Positions 9,493 to 18,987 of a stretch of 64,000 nt of DNA are shown piece by piece; position 1 is the first letter of the stretch; the number at the start of each line of letters is the position of its first letter. This DNA comes from Bacteroidia bacterium (lineage in GTDB: Bacteria; Bacteroidota; Bacteroidia; Chitinophagales; BACL12), in contig JAUIHG010000001.1 in the NCBI GenBank assembly GCA_030432405.1, positions 5,908-69,907 of the forward strand, read 5' to 3'. The position numbers and the translations under genes are program-made. Under the pieces are notes generated by a model that had not been told where the DNA came from, searched no databases, and saw only the letters and a list, made by a program, of their open reading frames with translations.

Positions 9493-10128
9493 ATGTGCAC
9501 GGCTTCTTTTCATTTGGGCATTGACTTTGGCGCCAAGCGCTCCGGCACAACCGCGTTGGTACACAACCGGGAAGACCGGCTCACTGTGTTGCGCTGTGCC
9601 AAAAACGAAGACGCCGATGCCTTTCTGGAACGCTCGGTTGCCGCACTCAGCGGTGGCGAAGCAGCGGCCATCTACATCGATGCACCGCTGAGTTTGCCGC
9701 GGGTGCTGCACGGGCTTTCAGCAGATGGGCCGACGGATGCGCAGGCCGATCCAGCCATGGCCGATTGGTTTTTCCGCGCCGCCGACCGCGCGTTGGGCGC
9801 CATGTCGCCGATGTTTCTGGGCGGGCTGAGTGCCCGGGCCATGAAACTGGCCTGGACCTGGCGGCGGGAGGGCCACACCGTGGTTGAAACCTGGCCGCGC
9901 GGAATGGTCCGGCTGCTGGAACTGGAGGGCTACCGGGCTAAAGACCGCGGCGCGGTGCAGGGCTTTCTGGAACGGCATGCCGCGCTGCTTGGCCTCCCAC
10001 AGCCCTTGCCCGCTTTGCGCGACCAGCACGAATTGGACGCCGTGCTGGCCTGGGCCAGTGGGCTTCGCCACAGGCGGGGCATTGGTAGCGCCTTCGGCGA
10101 ACCCGACGAGGGGCTGATCCACCTTTGA
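9493..10128 (+). CDS. Hypothetical protein, tentatively RNase H-fold / DUF429-like
   Basis: The track ORF starts at TTG 9478, overlapping the cry stop codon; the first ATG is at 9493. Motifs are HLGIDFGAKRSGTTAL near the N-terminus, YIDAPLSLP, and HELDAVLAW near the C-terminus. The family assignment comes from memory of motif patterns only. Confidence 0.55.
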   Translation: MCTASFHLGIDFGAKRSGTTALVHNREDRLTVLRCAKNEDADAFLERSVAALSGGEAAAIYIDAPLSLPRVLHGLSADGPTDAQADPAMADWFFRAADRALGAMSPMFLGGLSARAMKLAWTWRREGHTVVETWPRGMVRLLELEGYRAKDRGAVQGFLERHAALLGLPQPLPALRDQHELDAVLAWASGLRHRRGIGSAFGEPDEGLIHL

Positions 10129-10178
10129 GCCCGCGGGCAACACGGAACAGGCAACCATCCGTGCGGCTCGCGTGTTGC

Positions 10179-11636
10179 ATGGTCATGTCCGAAGCAAGCC
10201 TGGTTTTTCCGCACCAATTGTTCCACCCCCACCCGGCGCTGGACCGCGACCGGCCCGTGTACCTGCTGGAGGACGATTTGTTTTTCGGGCAGTTGGACTT
10301 TCATCCGCTCAAACGCATCCTGCACCGCGCGTCGATGAAAGCCTACCAGGATGAACTGGAGGCCGATGGCTACACAGTGCAGTATGTGGACCATGCGGGT
10401 CTTGGAAAGCTCACGGAATGGATACAGCAACAGGACGTGGACCGCTGGCATTGGAGCGATCCCTGCGACTACCTGCTGGAACGGCGGCTCCAACGTGCCG
10501 CTCCGGATGGCGTGGTGCATCACGGTCGCGGTTTTCTGCTGAACCGGGAAGAAGCCTTGGAGCGGCTCAAGGCCGGCAAGCGTTACCACCAAACGGATTT
10601 TTACCAGCGCCAGCGCAAGCAGTTTAACCTGTTGATGGACGGCGGCGAACCGCTGGGCGGCAAATGGACCTACGACACCGAAAATCGAAAAAAGCTGCCC
10701 AAGGACCTGGAGCCACCTCACCCCTGGATTCCGGGTGCAAACGCCCATACCAAAGCAGCGGTCGAATACGTGGCGAAGACCTGGGGTGCGGATCGCTCTG
10801 TGGGCGACAACTTTCCCTGGCCGGTCACCCGGAAAGACGCGCGCAAGGTTTTGGAAGACTTTGTCGAAAACCGCTTGCACGCCTTTGGCGACTACCAGGA
10901 CGCCCTGGACCCGAACCACCCGTTTGTTTTTCACGGGCTGCTGACGCCAGCGCTGAACATCGGCCTGCTGGAACCCATGGAGGTCATCAAAGCGGCTCTG
11001 GACCGCCACGACGCCGACCCTGTACCCATCAATGCCTTGGAGGGTTTTGTCCGGCAGGTGTTGGGCTGGCGCGAATACCTGCGGGCGGTATACGTGGAGG
11101 AAGGCACCGCGCAGCGCACGCGCAATTTTTGGGGTTTTGAGGAGGGCCTGCCCAAGGCTTTCGCCGAAGGCAAAACGGGTTGGCCTCCGGTGGACGATGT
11201 GCTGCGGAAGGTGGACCGCTACGCCTACGCCCACCACATCGAACGGCTCATGGTGCTGGGCAATGTGCTCCTGTTGACCGAAACGCATCCCGATGCGGTG
11301 TACCGTTTTTTCATGGCGCGGTTTATCGACGCCTACGATTGGGTGATGGTGCCCAACGTCTACGGCATGAGCCAGTACGCCGATGGCGGGCTGATCACCA
11401 CCAAGCCCTACCTGAGCGGTTCCAACTACATCCGCAAACAAAGCCACTACAAAAAAGGCGACTGGTGTGCCGAATGGGATGCCTTGTATTGGCGTTTCAT
11501 TTGGGTGCACCGCGAGGTCTTTGCAGACAATCCACGCATGTCCATGATGGCCCGGATGGTCGAAAAGATGGGCAGCGTAAAGCGAAAAAGCCACCTGGAT
11601 CGGGCCGAGGCCGTACTCGAGCGTTGGCGGAAATAA
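10179..11636 (+). CDS. Cryptochrome/photolyase family protein of the COG3046 (PhrB/CryB-like, prokaryotic 6-4 photolyase-related) type
   Basis: About 485 aa. Motifs include SLVFPHQLF, HQTDFYQRQRK, GGKWTYDTENRKK, LGWREYLRAVY, AYAHHIERLMVLGN and TKPYLSGSNYIRK. The start is uncertain: TTG 10125, ATG 10179 or ATG 10185. Confidence 0.85.
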   Translation: MVMSEASLVFPHQLFHPHPALDRDRPVYLLEDDLFFGQLDFHPLKRILHRASMKAYQDELEADGYTVQYVDHAGLGKLTEWIQQQDVDRWHWSDPCDYLLERRLQRAAPDGVVHHGRGFLLNREEALERLKAGKRYHQTDFYQRQRKQFNLLMDGGEPLGGKWTYDTENRKKLPKDLEPPHPWIPGANAHTKAAVEYVAKTWGADRSVGDNFPWPVTRKDARKVLEDFVENRLHAFGDYQDALDPNHPFVFHGLLTPALNIGLLEPMEVIKAALDRHDADPVPINALEGFVRQVLGWREYLRAVYVEEGTAQRTRNFWGFEEGLPKAFAEGKTGWPPVDDVLRKVDRYAYAHHIERLMVLGNVLLLTETHPDAVYRFFMARFIDAYDWVMVPNVYGMSQYADGGLITTKPYLSGSNYIRKQSHYKKGDWCAEWDALYWRFIWVHREVFADNPRMSMMARMVEKMGSVKRKSHLDRAEAVLERWRK

Positions 11637-11742
11637 GGGCGTGACCACCAGCAGCGCGCGACCGTCAAGGTCCAGGTGCCCAGCGCTTCAAGCGCCCGCT
11701 GGACAGCGCGTTCGGCCACGGACTTTGGCGCACCTTTGCGCC

Positions 11743-12468
11743 ATGCTGGCCACCACCAAAGGCATCGTCCTGCGCCAAACCCGATACGGGGACTCCAGCT
11801 TGATCCTTCAGGTCTATACCCGGGAGTACGGCAGCGTCGGTTGCGTGGTCAGCGGGGTGCGCTCCGCGCGAAGCCGCCACAAGGCCGCCCTCTACCAGCC
11901 CATGAGCCTGCTCGACCTGGTGCTCTATTTCAAGGAAGACCGGGACCTGCAGCGCATCAAGGAAGCGCGCTTCGAGCGGGTCTACGGCCGAGTGCCCTTT
12001 GAGCCTGGTCGCCGGGCGGTGGGTTTGTTCATGGCCGAAGTCCTCTTGCGCGCCTTGCGCGAAGAACCGCCCCACCCCGAGCTCTACGACTTTGTGGAAC
12101 AAGCGTTCCACAACCTGGATGCCTGCTCGCGCGGTTTCAGCGCCATGCCCCATGCCTTCCTGCTGGGCATCAGCGACCGCATGGGCTTTGCTCCCCAGGG
12201 CAGGCCATCCGAGGATACGCCCTGGTTTGATCTGCAGGACGGCGTTTTTTGCCGCAACCGGCCCACACACGGCGCGCTGCTGCGGCCGGAAGAAGGCGCC
12301 TGGCTCATCGAAGCCGCCGGCTTTGACTGGAGCGCGCCCCAGCCCCTGCGCATGGACCCCACGCAACGGCAAATCCTGCTTGACCGCCTGCTGCGCTACA
12401 TGGCCTTCCACGTGCACGGCTTCGGCGTGCTGCGCAGCCCGGAGGTGTTTCGGGAGTTGGGGGGTTAG
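11743..12468 (+). CDS. recO: DNA repair protein RecO
   Basis: I use the internal ATG at 11743. MLATTKGIVLRQTRYGDSSLILQVYTREYG... is the RecO N-terminal OB-fold pattern. Length is 241 aa. The upstream part of the track ORF (from 11641) is Arg/Pro-rich junk. Confidence 0.8.
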   Translation: MLATTKGIVLRQTRYGDSSLILQVYTREYGSVGCVVSGVRSARSRHKAALYQPMSLLDLVLYFKEDRDLQRIKEARFERVYGRVPFEPGRRAVGLFMAEVLLRALREEPPHPELYDFVEQAFHNLDACSRGFSAMPHAFLLGISDRMGFAPQGRPSEDTPWFDLQDGVFCRNRPTHGALLRPEEGAWLIEAAGFDWSAPQPLRMDPTQRQILLDRLLRYMAFHVHGFGVLRSPEVFRELGG

Positions 12469-14432
12469 GGTTGGGCATCCTCTATGTCCACCTCGATGCG
12501 GTAGACGGCCGGAATGCCTTCGCCGGGAGGCATGGTCTGTACGTAGACCTTCTTCATCCGTTCAAAACGGTCAAGCGCTGTCCAGGAATCCACCCAGATC
12601 AAAACCGGATCAGGGTACAGCTTTCCATGTTCCGCACTGTAATAAGGCCACTCCATCCGGTGGTCCTTTCGAGCGTCAACCGGAACACTGGGCAGCAGGT
12701 TGGGTTTGGCCAGCACCCAAAGCGGATACTCCCAGGCATCCGCACTCAAGAGCAGCGCTGGAATGGTGTTGTTGGATCGGGTGCGCACCATCAGCGCTGC
12801 CCGCTCCCGGTATGGCGCTTCCAATTCCGGCCAGGTGGCAAAATATTGGCTGCTGCGGGGTGTGGTGAAAATGCTCTGCGCGCCAAACCAGGGGCGGGAA
12901 TAATTGGCCCACCAATAGGGTGCGGCGCTCGTCAGCAGCACAAGGCCCAATGCGGCACCCGGAATGCGGGGAAGTCGGGCCAGCCAGGCGCCGATCGGCA
13001 CCGCGCCCAGCAACAGCAAGGGCAGCATCAGGCGCATGTGCCAGACCTGCCACCGCAGGGCCAGGCCAAAACCGAAAAAAAGCAGCCACCAGGCCAGCGT
13101 ATAGCCCTGCATGGGACGGCACCATGTTTTGGAACGGTTGGTCCAAATGGCCAGGCTCGCGGCAATCAGCAGCAAAAAGAAGACCGGTGCGGGCGCATAG
13201 TCTTCCTGCATGAGGTGTTCGCGGTCGCCGAAGGCGACCACATCAAACGCCGGCGTCCAGGGCCAGGTGGCGTCCGGGTCGTGCAGGTCGCGGCCCATCA
13301 GGCCATGGAAAGCGCCGGTGGCGTCGTGCAGCAAGCGGTTGGCCGCTTTTGAAGGGGTGCGCAGCAGCCAGGCCGCATTGCGCGCGCTGTTGCCCAGGCC
13401 CACGCCCAGGCCGTATTTGGCGTTGGCCAGTTGGTAGTCCGGGCCCAAAATGCTCCCGTAGGTGCCCGCGTTGCGGTAGGCATGCGGCGCGTTCAGTGCG
13501 GCCACACTCAGCACGGCCAATACCGCCAACAGCAGCGGACGCCAAAGCCCCATCATTTTCCGCCCTAGGGATGCCTCCGCATCACGCCCCATCCATTCCT
13601 GGCCCGCCAAGGCCAGCAACCACAGCCCCAAAAGGGGTGGGACCAGCAACAGCGCCGTACCCTTGGTCCACCAGGCCATTGCCATGCCCAGCATGGCCAA
13701 TGCCGCGTCGCCACGCCGCCGGTGCTGCACATGGCGCAGCGCAGCTACAGCGGACCAGATCAGCACCGCACCCAGGATCAAATCGTTTTGCGTGGAACTC
13801 TGCTGGAGCAGGAACATCGGCAGGCATGCCGCCGCAAAAACCGTCCAAGCGCCGGCGCGCCGGCGAAGCCCTTCACTCCAGGCGCCCGGCCAAAACCCGG
13901 CCCCCAGCTCCCGCAGCCCCAGCAGCGCAAAAAGCCCGGCGGTCCATTGCACCAGGTTGGCCAGGCGGTCGCCGCCGGTGAGGACGTAGCCGTGCAGGAT
14001 GGCGTATTCGCCGGCAGGCGGTTGGGAAAGTTGGCGGCTGATGCCGGTGTGGTAGAAATCCACGCTCCCGCGCGAAGCCCATTGGGCCACCCGCGCCAGG
14101 TGGTAGACCATGGAGTCCCAGTTGTTGGGGGCGGCAACCAGTGCGGTGACCAAGGTGCAGACCAGCGCGATGGCGGCGGTGATCAACAGCACGCCGGAAG
14201 TTCCCCGCCAGGTTGCCCGTGCGCACCAAAAGGAGCCGGCAGATGCGCGGATTGGAAACCAGCGGAGGTGCAGGGCCGCGGGCACGAGAAAGAGTACCCA
14301 GCACAGCAGGAGCGTCCAGCGGTTTATGGACGCAGCCAGGCTCAACACTTCCACCGATACCGCCGACCAGGCATACGCCAACAGGGCCAGATAGCCCAGG
14401 CGCAGCACCGCTGGACGAGCAGGACCCTCCAT
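12465..14432 (-). CDS. Polytopic membrane protein, probable GT-C fold glycosyltransferase (ArnT/PMT-like)
   Basis: 655 aa with more than 10 predicted TM helices. The first loop reads NNWDSMVYHLARVAQWASRG...QLSQPPAGEY, resembling the D-x-x-x-Y...PP loop of GT39/GT83 enzymes. The C-terminal soluble domain is about 150 aa. Confidence 0.65.
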   Translation of the reverse strand: MEGPARPAVLRLGYLALLAYAWSAVSVEVLSLAASINRWTLLLCWVLFLVPAALHLRWFPIRASAGSFWCARATWRGTSGVLLITAAIALVCTLVTALVAAPNNWDSMVYHLARVAQWASRGSVDFYHTGISRQLSQPPAGEYAILHGYVLTGGDRLANLVQWTAGLFALLGLRELGAGFWPGAWSEGLRRRAGAWTVFAAACLPMFLLQQSSTQNDLILGAVLIWSAVAALRHVQHRRRGDAALAMLGMAMAWWTKGTALLLVPPLLGLWLLALAGQEWMGRDAEASLGRKMMGLWRPLLLAVLAVLSVAALNAPHAYRNAGTYGSILGPDYQLANAKYGLGVGLGNSARNAAWLLRTPSKAANRLLHDATGAFHGLMGRDLHDPDATWPWTPAFDVVAFGDREHLMQEDYAPAPVFFLLLIAASLAIWTNRSKTWCRPMQGYTLAWWLLFFGFGLALRWQVWHMRLMLPLLLLGAVPIGAWLARLPRIPGAALGLVLLTSAAPYWWANYSRPWFGAQSIFTTPRSSQYFATWPELEAPYRERAALMVRTRSNNTIPALLLSADAWEYPLWVLAKPNLLPSVPVDARKDHRMEWPYYSAEHGKLYPDPVLIWVDSWTALDRFERMKKVYVQTMPPGEGIPAVYRIEVDIEDAQP

Positions 14433-14433
14433 A

Positions 14434-15180
14434 TCAATCGTAGCTCTCCAGATGGATCTGCTTGCGGTTGTAGCCCATGCCCTTGAGGTTGCGGCGTGCT
14501 TCGTTGATCATGTCGCCCCAACCGCAAATGAAAAAACGCAGGTCTTCGCCGCCGTGGCGGCCCTGCACCAGACGCTCGTAGACGGGGTGCACGTAGCCCT
14601 GCTCCAGGCCCTCGACGGCCTGGCGGGAGAGTGTGGGGTGGTAGTGGAAGCCGTCAAGCTCACGCTCCAACTGGCGGAATTCGTCGGCGTAGAGCATGTG
14701 CTCCTGCGTGCGGCAACCAAACACCAAATGCATGTCCCGGTGCAGGCGCGGGTGCGCCTTGAGGTCCAACAGCATGCTGCGGAATGGTCCAACGCCCGTG
14801 CCCGTGGCGATGAACACCAGGTCCTCGGCAATGGGCCCGCGCTCCTCCGCGTTGGGCAAAACCATACGGCCCATCGGGTCGGAAATCCGGACGGCATCGC
14901 CCGGTTTGGCCTGGTCAAACAGCCAGGCCGTACCCGCTCCGCCTTCCAGGCGAACGATGGCAAACTCGATCCGGTTGGAACCGTCCGGGCGCGAGGCGAT
15001 CGAATAGGAGCGGCTGCATTTGGCCGGGTCTTCGTGAATGGGCATTTCCACCTTGACAAACTGGCCAGGCAGAAAATCAAAGGCCTCCACGTCCGTGACC
15101 TCAAAAACAAAGGTTTGGGTGTTCGGGCTCAGCGGCTGCGCCTCCACAAATCGGGCTTGGTGCCATGCGGGTTTGGGCAT
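14434..15180 (-). CDS. Ferredoxin-NADP reductase-type FAD/NAD(P)-binding oxidoreductase
   Basis: I use the internal ATG at 15180 (MPKPAWHQARFVEAQPLS...). The FAD motif is RSYSIAS and the NAD motif is LVFIATGTGVGPF. C-terminal FFICGWGDMI...IHLESYD is typical of the FNR family. Confidence 0.8.
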   Translation of the reverse strand: MPKPAWHQARFVEAQPLSPNTQTFVFEVTDVEAFDFLPGQFVKVEMPIHEDPAKCSRSYSIASRPDGSNRIEFAIVRLEGGAGTAWLFDQAKPGDAVRISDPMGRMVLPNAEERGPIAEDLVFIATGTGVGPFRSMLLDLKAHPRLHRDMHLVFGCRTQEHMLYADEFRQLERELDGFHYHPTLSRQAVEGLEQGYVHPVYERLVQGRHGGEDLRFFICGWGDMINEARRNLKGMGYNRKQIHLESYD

Positions 15181-15432
15181 GCGGCAAAAGTACGGAGGCA
15201 CAGCCCAGTACCATGGGCTGCGCAAGACGCCACCGGCAAGCCAGGTCAAGTCCGTTCGATGCACGCGTTCGAACACGCCTTGTGCGATGGGCACACGGGC
15301 GCACGCACGTTTTGCCATGGGTTTTCAGGCATCGGGGTTCAGGAACCGGGCTTTGCCGTGCCTGCACTTTGGCCAGCAGCGCATGCAGCATCCGGAAACA
15401 CAACCTGTGCTGTCCAGGCAGGGCCATATGGC

Positions 15433-16569
15433 CTATTCGCCACCGATGTACACCTGAATGGTTTTCACGCTTGTCGTGTTGGCGTACTGAAGGAGATAAA
15501 GGCCTTCAGCGCAGCGGGAGGGCAGGTGCACCTGCAACAGGCCTTCCCCCACGGGATCTGCCGGTAGATCGGCAAAGACCAGGGCGCCCTTTGTGTCGAA
15601 GAGCTGCACTTGCAGCGGCTCAGGCCCAGCCGCATGGTGTAGGAAGAATGTTGTACGCACCGGGTTTGGCCAAACCCTGGGTTCATCTGGCGGCAGGGAA
15701 TGACCCGCTTCGTTCAAGCCCACCGGCGGCAAAATCCCGCTGATCAACCTGATGGCCTTGGTGTTGTATTCCGATATGTACAGGGAGTCGCCCGTTGCGC
15801 TTATGGAAATGCCGTTTGGGCTGTTGAACAGTGCCGTATCCAGACCACCGTCCACCGCCCCTTGCGTAGAGCCCGCATAAACCGTCCATTCGGCCGTGTT
15901 GATGTCGATGCGGTAGATCTGATGGGTGAAAACGCCTGTGGCGTAGATATAGGAGCCAAACCTGGCGATGTGTCCAAGGCTCGAAGTGGGCAGCGTACAA
16001 AAGGTATACACGGAGTCGTCGGGTGCTTTGCGCACGATGCGTCCGCTGTAATAATTGGCCGTATACAAGTTGTTTGCGTCGTCCCACAACATCGATACCG
16101 GCGCATTGAACAGGGGACTGGACAGGTACAGGCTCGTATCGCCGTTTGGCGCAAGGCAATACAGGCTGTTGGTGAAAACACTGCTCACCAAAAGCGAATC
16201 AGAGCCCGGCATTCGGACAAGTCCCGCTGGATTGGGGATCATGCTGGTCAACAAGGTCTGGGTTTCATCTACCGGGTCAAACAAGACAATACGATGACCC
16301 TGGCTTTCCGCGACCGCAATGCGGCCATCGGACAGTTCTGCCATTTCCGAGGGACTGTCCAAAGCATCAAGGACGGGCACCGCTGCTCCCGGAGCGAACG
16401 TATTGAGCGTGCCGTTGTCATAGCCCGTCCCATACAAAACACCGTTGGCGGCCCTGAACAGTGCCTCGTCTATCCCTGAGCCCCCTGGCAAAATGGTGCT
16501 CACCGTTTGTGCGCACAGCAGGTGCACATGCAAAAGTGTCCATACGCCGATCCATGCAGTTCTTTTCAT
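15433..16569 (-). CDS. Secreted beta-propeller (NHL/SMP-30-like) protein with a T9SS C-terminal domain
   Basis: Signal peptide MKRTAWIGVWTLLHVHLLCAQ, with the ATG at 16569. Repeated blade-like segments are present. The C-terminus reads VWPNPVRTTFFLHH...YLLQYANTTSVKTIQVYIGGE, a T9SS type A CTD pattern. Confidence 0.7.
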   Translation of the reverse strand: MKRTAWIGVWTLLHVHLLCAQTVSTILPGGSGIDEALFRAANGVLYGTGYDNGTLNTFAPGAAVPVLDALDSPSEMAELSDGRIAVAESQGHRIVLFDPVDETQTLLTSMIPNPAGLVRMPGSDSLLVSSVFTNSLYCLAPNGDTSLYLSSPLFNAPVSMLWDDANNLYTANYYSGRIVRKAPDDSVYTFCTLPTSSLGHIARFGSYIYATGVFTHQIYRIDINTAEWTVYAGSTQGAVDGGLDTALFNSPNGISISATGDSLYISEYNTKAIRLISGILPPVGLNEAGHSLPPDEPRVWPNPVRTTFFLHHAAGPEPLQVQLFDTKGALVFADLPADPVGEGLLQVHLPSRCAEGLYLLQYANTTSVKTIQVYIGGE

Positions 16570-16623
16570 GTCAAAAGCAAAATTCGACATGCCCCTGATT
16601 GGAAAATTGTATGAAATCGTAGC

Positions 16624-17412
16624 TCAAAAAATATCGTCCTGGATGCCGGACGGTTGGGCGAAATACGCTTTCGGGGAAAAGCCGGTGTAGGCCCTGAAGG
16701 CACGAATCATGTGGGCCTGATCGTAGTAACCGCTCGCATAGGCCAGGTCGGTCAGCGTCAGGTTCCTGGCCCTGAAGGTCTTGATGCAGTGGACAAAGCG
16801 GACCAACCCGCAATACGCCTTAGGTGTAAGCCCCAGAAAGGTCTTGAACTTGTTTTCCAACGTCTTTGTACTGATGTTGAGCTGTTTGCACAATCGCCCC
16901 AACTGGATATTGCCATGGCGTTGTTCGATCCTGGTCTTTGCGTATTGAAAGGCAGCATGGTCCGTTGTGCTGGAAACCGACCACTTTTTTGCGATAAACC
17001 GATGGATCAGGTCAAGCCGTTCAGCGGTGGTCGTCTGGTCAAACAGCTGGCCTTCAAACTGCTCAAACTGGCGGCCGAATGCGTCTTCAGGGAGCACGCT
17101 TTGATCCCGAAATTCAAAAGCAGGAATGCCGGTCAACTGGAAGATTTTATCCGCTTTGAAGCGGATGGAGATCAACGGACTGCCTTCCAGGGAGATGTCC
17201 TGCCATGTGGTTTTAAGCCCCGAGAAGTGGCTGGATACGGTCATGGTGCTGTCGCGCTGGGACAAGCGCCTTGTGAACCGCTTGTCGGTGATGATCAATT
17301 CCACGGTATTGTCCGGTACGATGCGGTTGAAGACACCCTGGTTGCGCGGAATGGAGAAATAGTGCTCCACAAAAACACAATCGACAACAGCATCCAATGC
17401 TCTGCCCGGCAT
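16624..17412 (-). CDS. AraC family transcriptional regulator
   Basis: The C-terminal HTH_18 region reads LCKQLNISTKTLENKFKTFLGLTPKAYCGLVRF...LAYASGYYDQAHMIRAFRAYTGFSPKAYF. I trimmed the start to ATG 17412 because the upstream 83 codons of the track ORF are not protein-like. Confidence 0.8.
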   Translation of the reverse strand: MPGRALDAVVDCVFVEHYFSIPRNQGVFNRIVPDNTVELIITDKRFTRRLSQRDSTMTVSSHFSGLKTTWQDISLEGSPLISIRFKADKIFQLTGIPAFEFRDQSVLPEDAFGRQFEQFEGQLFDQTTTAERLDLIHRFIAKKWSVSSTTDHAAFQYAKTRIEQRHGNIQLGRLCKQLNISTKTLENKFKTFLGLTPKAYCGLVRFVHCIKTFRARNLTLTDLAYASGYYDQAHMIRAFRAYTGFSPKAYFAQPSGIQDDIF

Positions 17413-17796
17413 ATACCATACACCGTGCCGCTTTCCGCAAGCCATCGGAGCGGTGGGGCCTGTGGAATCGTGACCTAAGCTGTTTATCAAAATGCGTGTT
17501 TGCCCATCATCCTGAATGCCCATGCAAGACCCTGCTGCTCCGGCGTACCACATATGGCCCGCAAAGGGATGGCCCCATAAGGCGCCGGCGTGGGCTGGGC
17601 ATGGCTGGCCCACAAGCACCCTGGGCTTTAAATTGAGGGCACGCTCCCTGGCATGTGCCACAGGGCTGTCACCTTTCGGGAAACAGCCCTCGTTTGGTGG
17701 AAGGCATCGACGGAGCCCAATACCCGGCCTCGACCCCCGTATACCCGGGCATCGCGCGTCTGCGTTGTTTCGGATAGGGGTATAAAGCGCGGGTGC

Positions 17797-18726
17797 TTAT
17801 TCGGACCAATCGAGCAAGGCTTCGATGAACTGGTCCTGCTGATCGATGTAGACGTTGTGGGAGCATCGGTCCAGATACCGAAGCCGATCGGGACCGATGA
17901 GGGTGCCCAAGGCTTTCGCCTGTTCAGGCGAATACAGACCGTCGTCTTTGCCGTACAGTCCAAACACGGGAACCTCCTTTTCGACCAGTTCCCGCAATAC
18001 CGGTTTCAGGTTGAGCGTGGTGTAGGCTTCGTTTTTCGAATACGCAAAGGGGGCTGCATAGGTCGTCTTGGAAGCGTATTGCTGCAGCACCGTATCGGTG
18101 GCAAATGCCTTGTACAAACGCCGGGCGTCTTCGGTGATGTCCTCCGGCGCATAGAACCCATTTTGCATGGCGTGCATCAAACAGTACGTGCTGTACTGCA
18201 AGGAACTCGTATCCATGCGCTCCAACTCCGCGATGTAGTTCAAATTGACGCTGTCGTTGTTGGCGGCATATATGGCCTTGCTGCTGGATAGAATGGTCTC
18301 GAAGGATTCCTGCATGACCACCGGAGCGCTGACCAATACGACCGACTGCACGTCTTCCGGATGCTGTTGGGCATACAGAGCCGCCAGAACGCCCCCGAAA
18401 CTGTGCCCGATCAGCATTGGGTCGTCGGCCTCCAGCGAATCCAACAGGCGCTCCAGGTCCCCAAGGGTTTGCTCAAACGTGAAGGCGGCATGCGCATCGA
18501 CGCTGCGTCCGACGCCCCGCCTGTCGTACACCAGCACAAAAAACCCCGCTTCGGCCAGGACTTCCGCGGTGGTCTGTTCGAAAACCGCACTGTTGTACCC
18601 CGGCCCACCGTGCAAGAAGACCACAGGCTGATCTTCCGGCTGGCCATGGGTTTTCACATAGAGCCCCTGGGCATGCAGCGCGAAGCCCGTAAACACCGCA
18701 GCGGCAATTCCGAAAATACGTTTCAT
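17797..18726 (-). CDS. Alpha/beta hydrolase (prolyl aminopeptidase-like, S33 family)
   Basis: Signal-like start MKRIFGIAAAVFTGFALHAQ (ATG 18726). The oxyanion region is VVFLHGGPGYNS and the nucleophile elbow is IGHSFGG. CSHNVYIDQ lies near the C-terminus. Confidence 0.8.
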   Translation of the reverse strand: MKRIFGIAAAVFTGFALHAQGLYVKTHGQPEDQPVVFLHGGPGYNSAVFEQTTAEVLAEAGFFVLVYDRRGVGRSVDAHAAFTFEQTLGDLERLLDSLEADDPMLIGHSFGGVLAALYAQQHPEDVQSVVLVSAPVVMQESFETILSSSKAIYAANNDSVNLNYIAELERMDTSSLQYSTYCLMHAMQNGFYAPEDITEDARRLYKAFATDTVLQQYASKTTYAAPFAYSKNEAYTTLNLKPVLRELVEKEVPVFGLYGKDDGLYSPEQAKALGTLIGPDRLRYLDRCSHNVYIDQQDQFIEALLDWSE

Positions 18727-18987
18727 CCAGTCGCTTCCGATTAAGGTCAGAAAGGGCAGCAACGCGTGGGTCCGCATTGCCCGCTATACAAAGCGGAACA
18801 GGCGCGCTGTACGGGTGTTGGCCGTCCCCCAGGTCAAGGGCTTCGCGCGAGCGCGATGCGATGGCGCGATGCGGTGGAAAGATAGCGGGCGCACGGCACC
18901 ATGACCCTGGTCAACCGTATCGAAATGCCGCGTCATTGCCCCGCAAGCCATTGGGTCGGAGCTTCCATGCACCCAAAACCGCGTGCC

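Noticed and set aside
18851-18876. Tandem 13-nt direct repeat GCGCGATGCGATG / GCGCGATGCGGTG in the hydrolase-exbB intergenic region
   Set aside because: There are only two copies of a short GC-rich unit. That is too little to call a repeat element or regulatory site.
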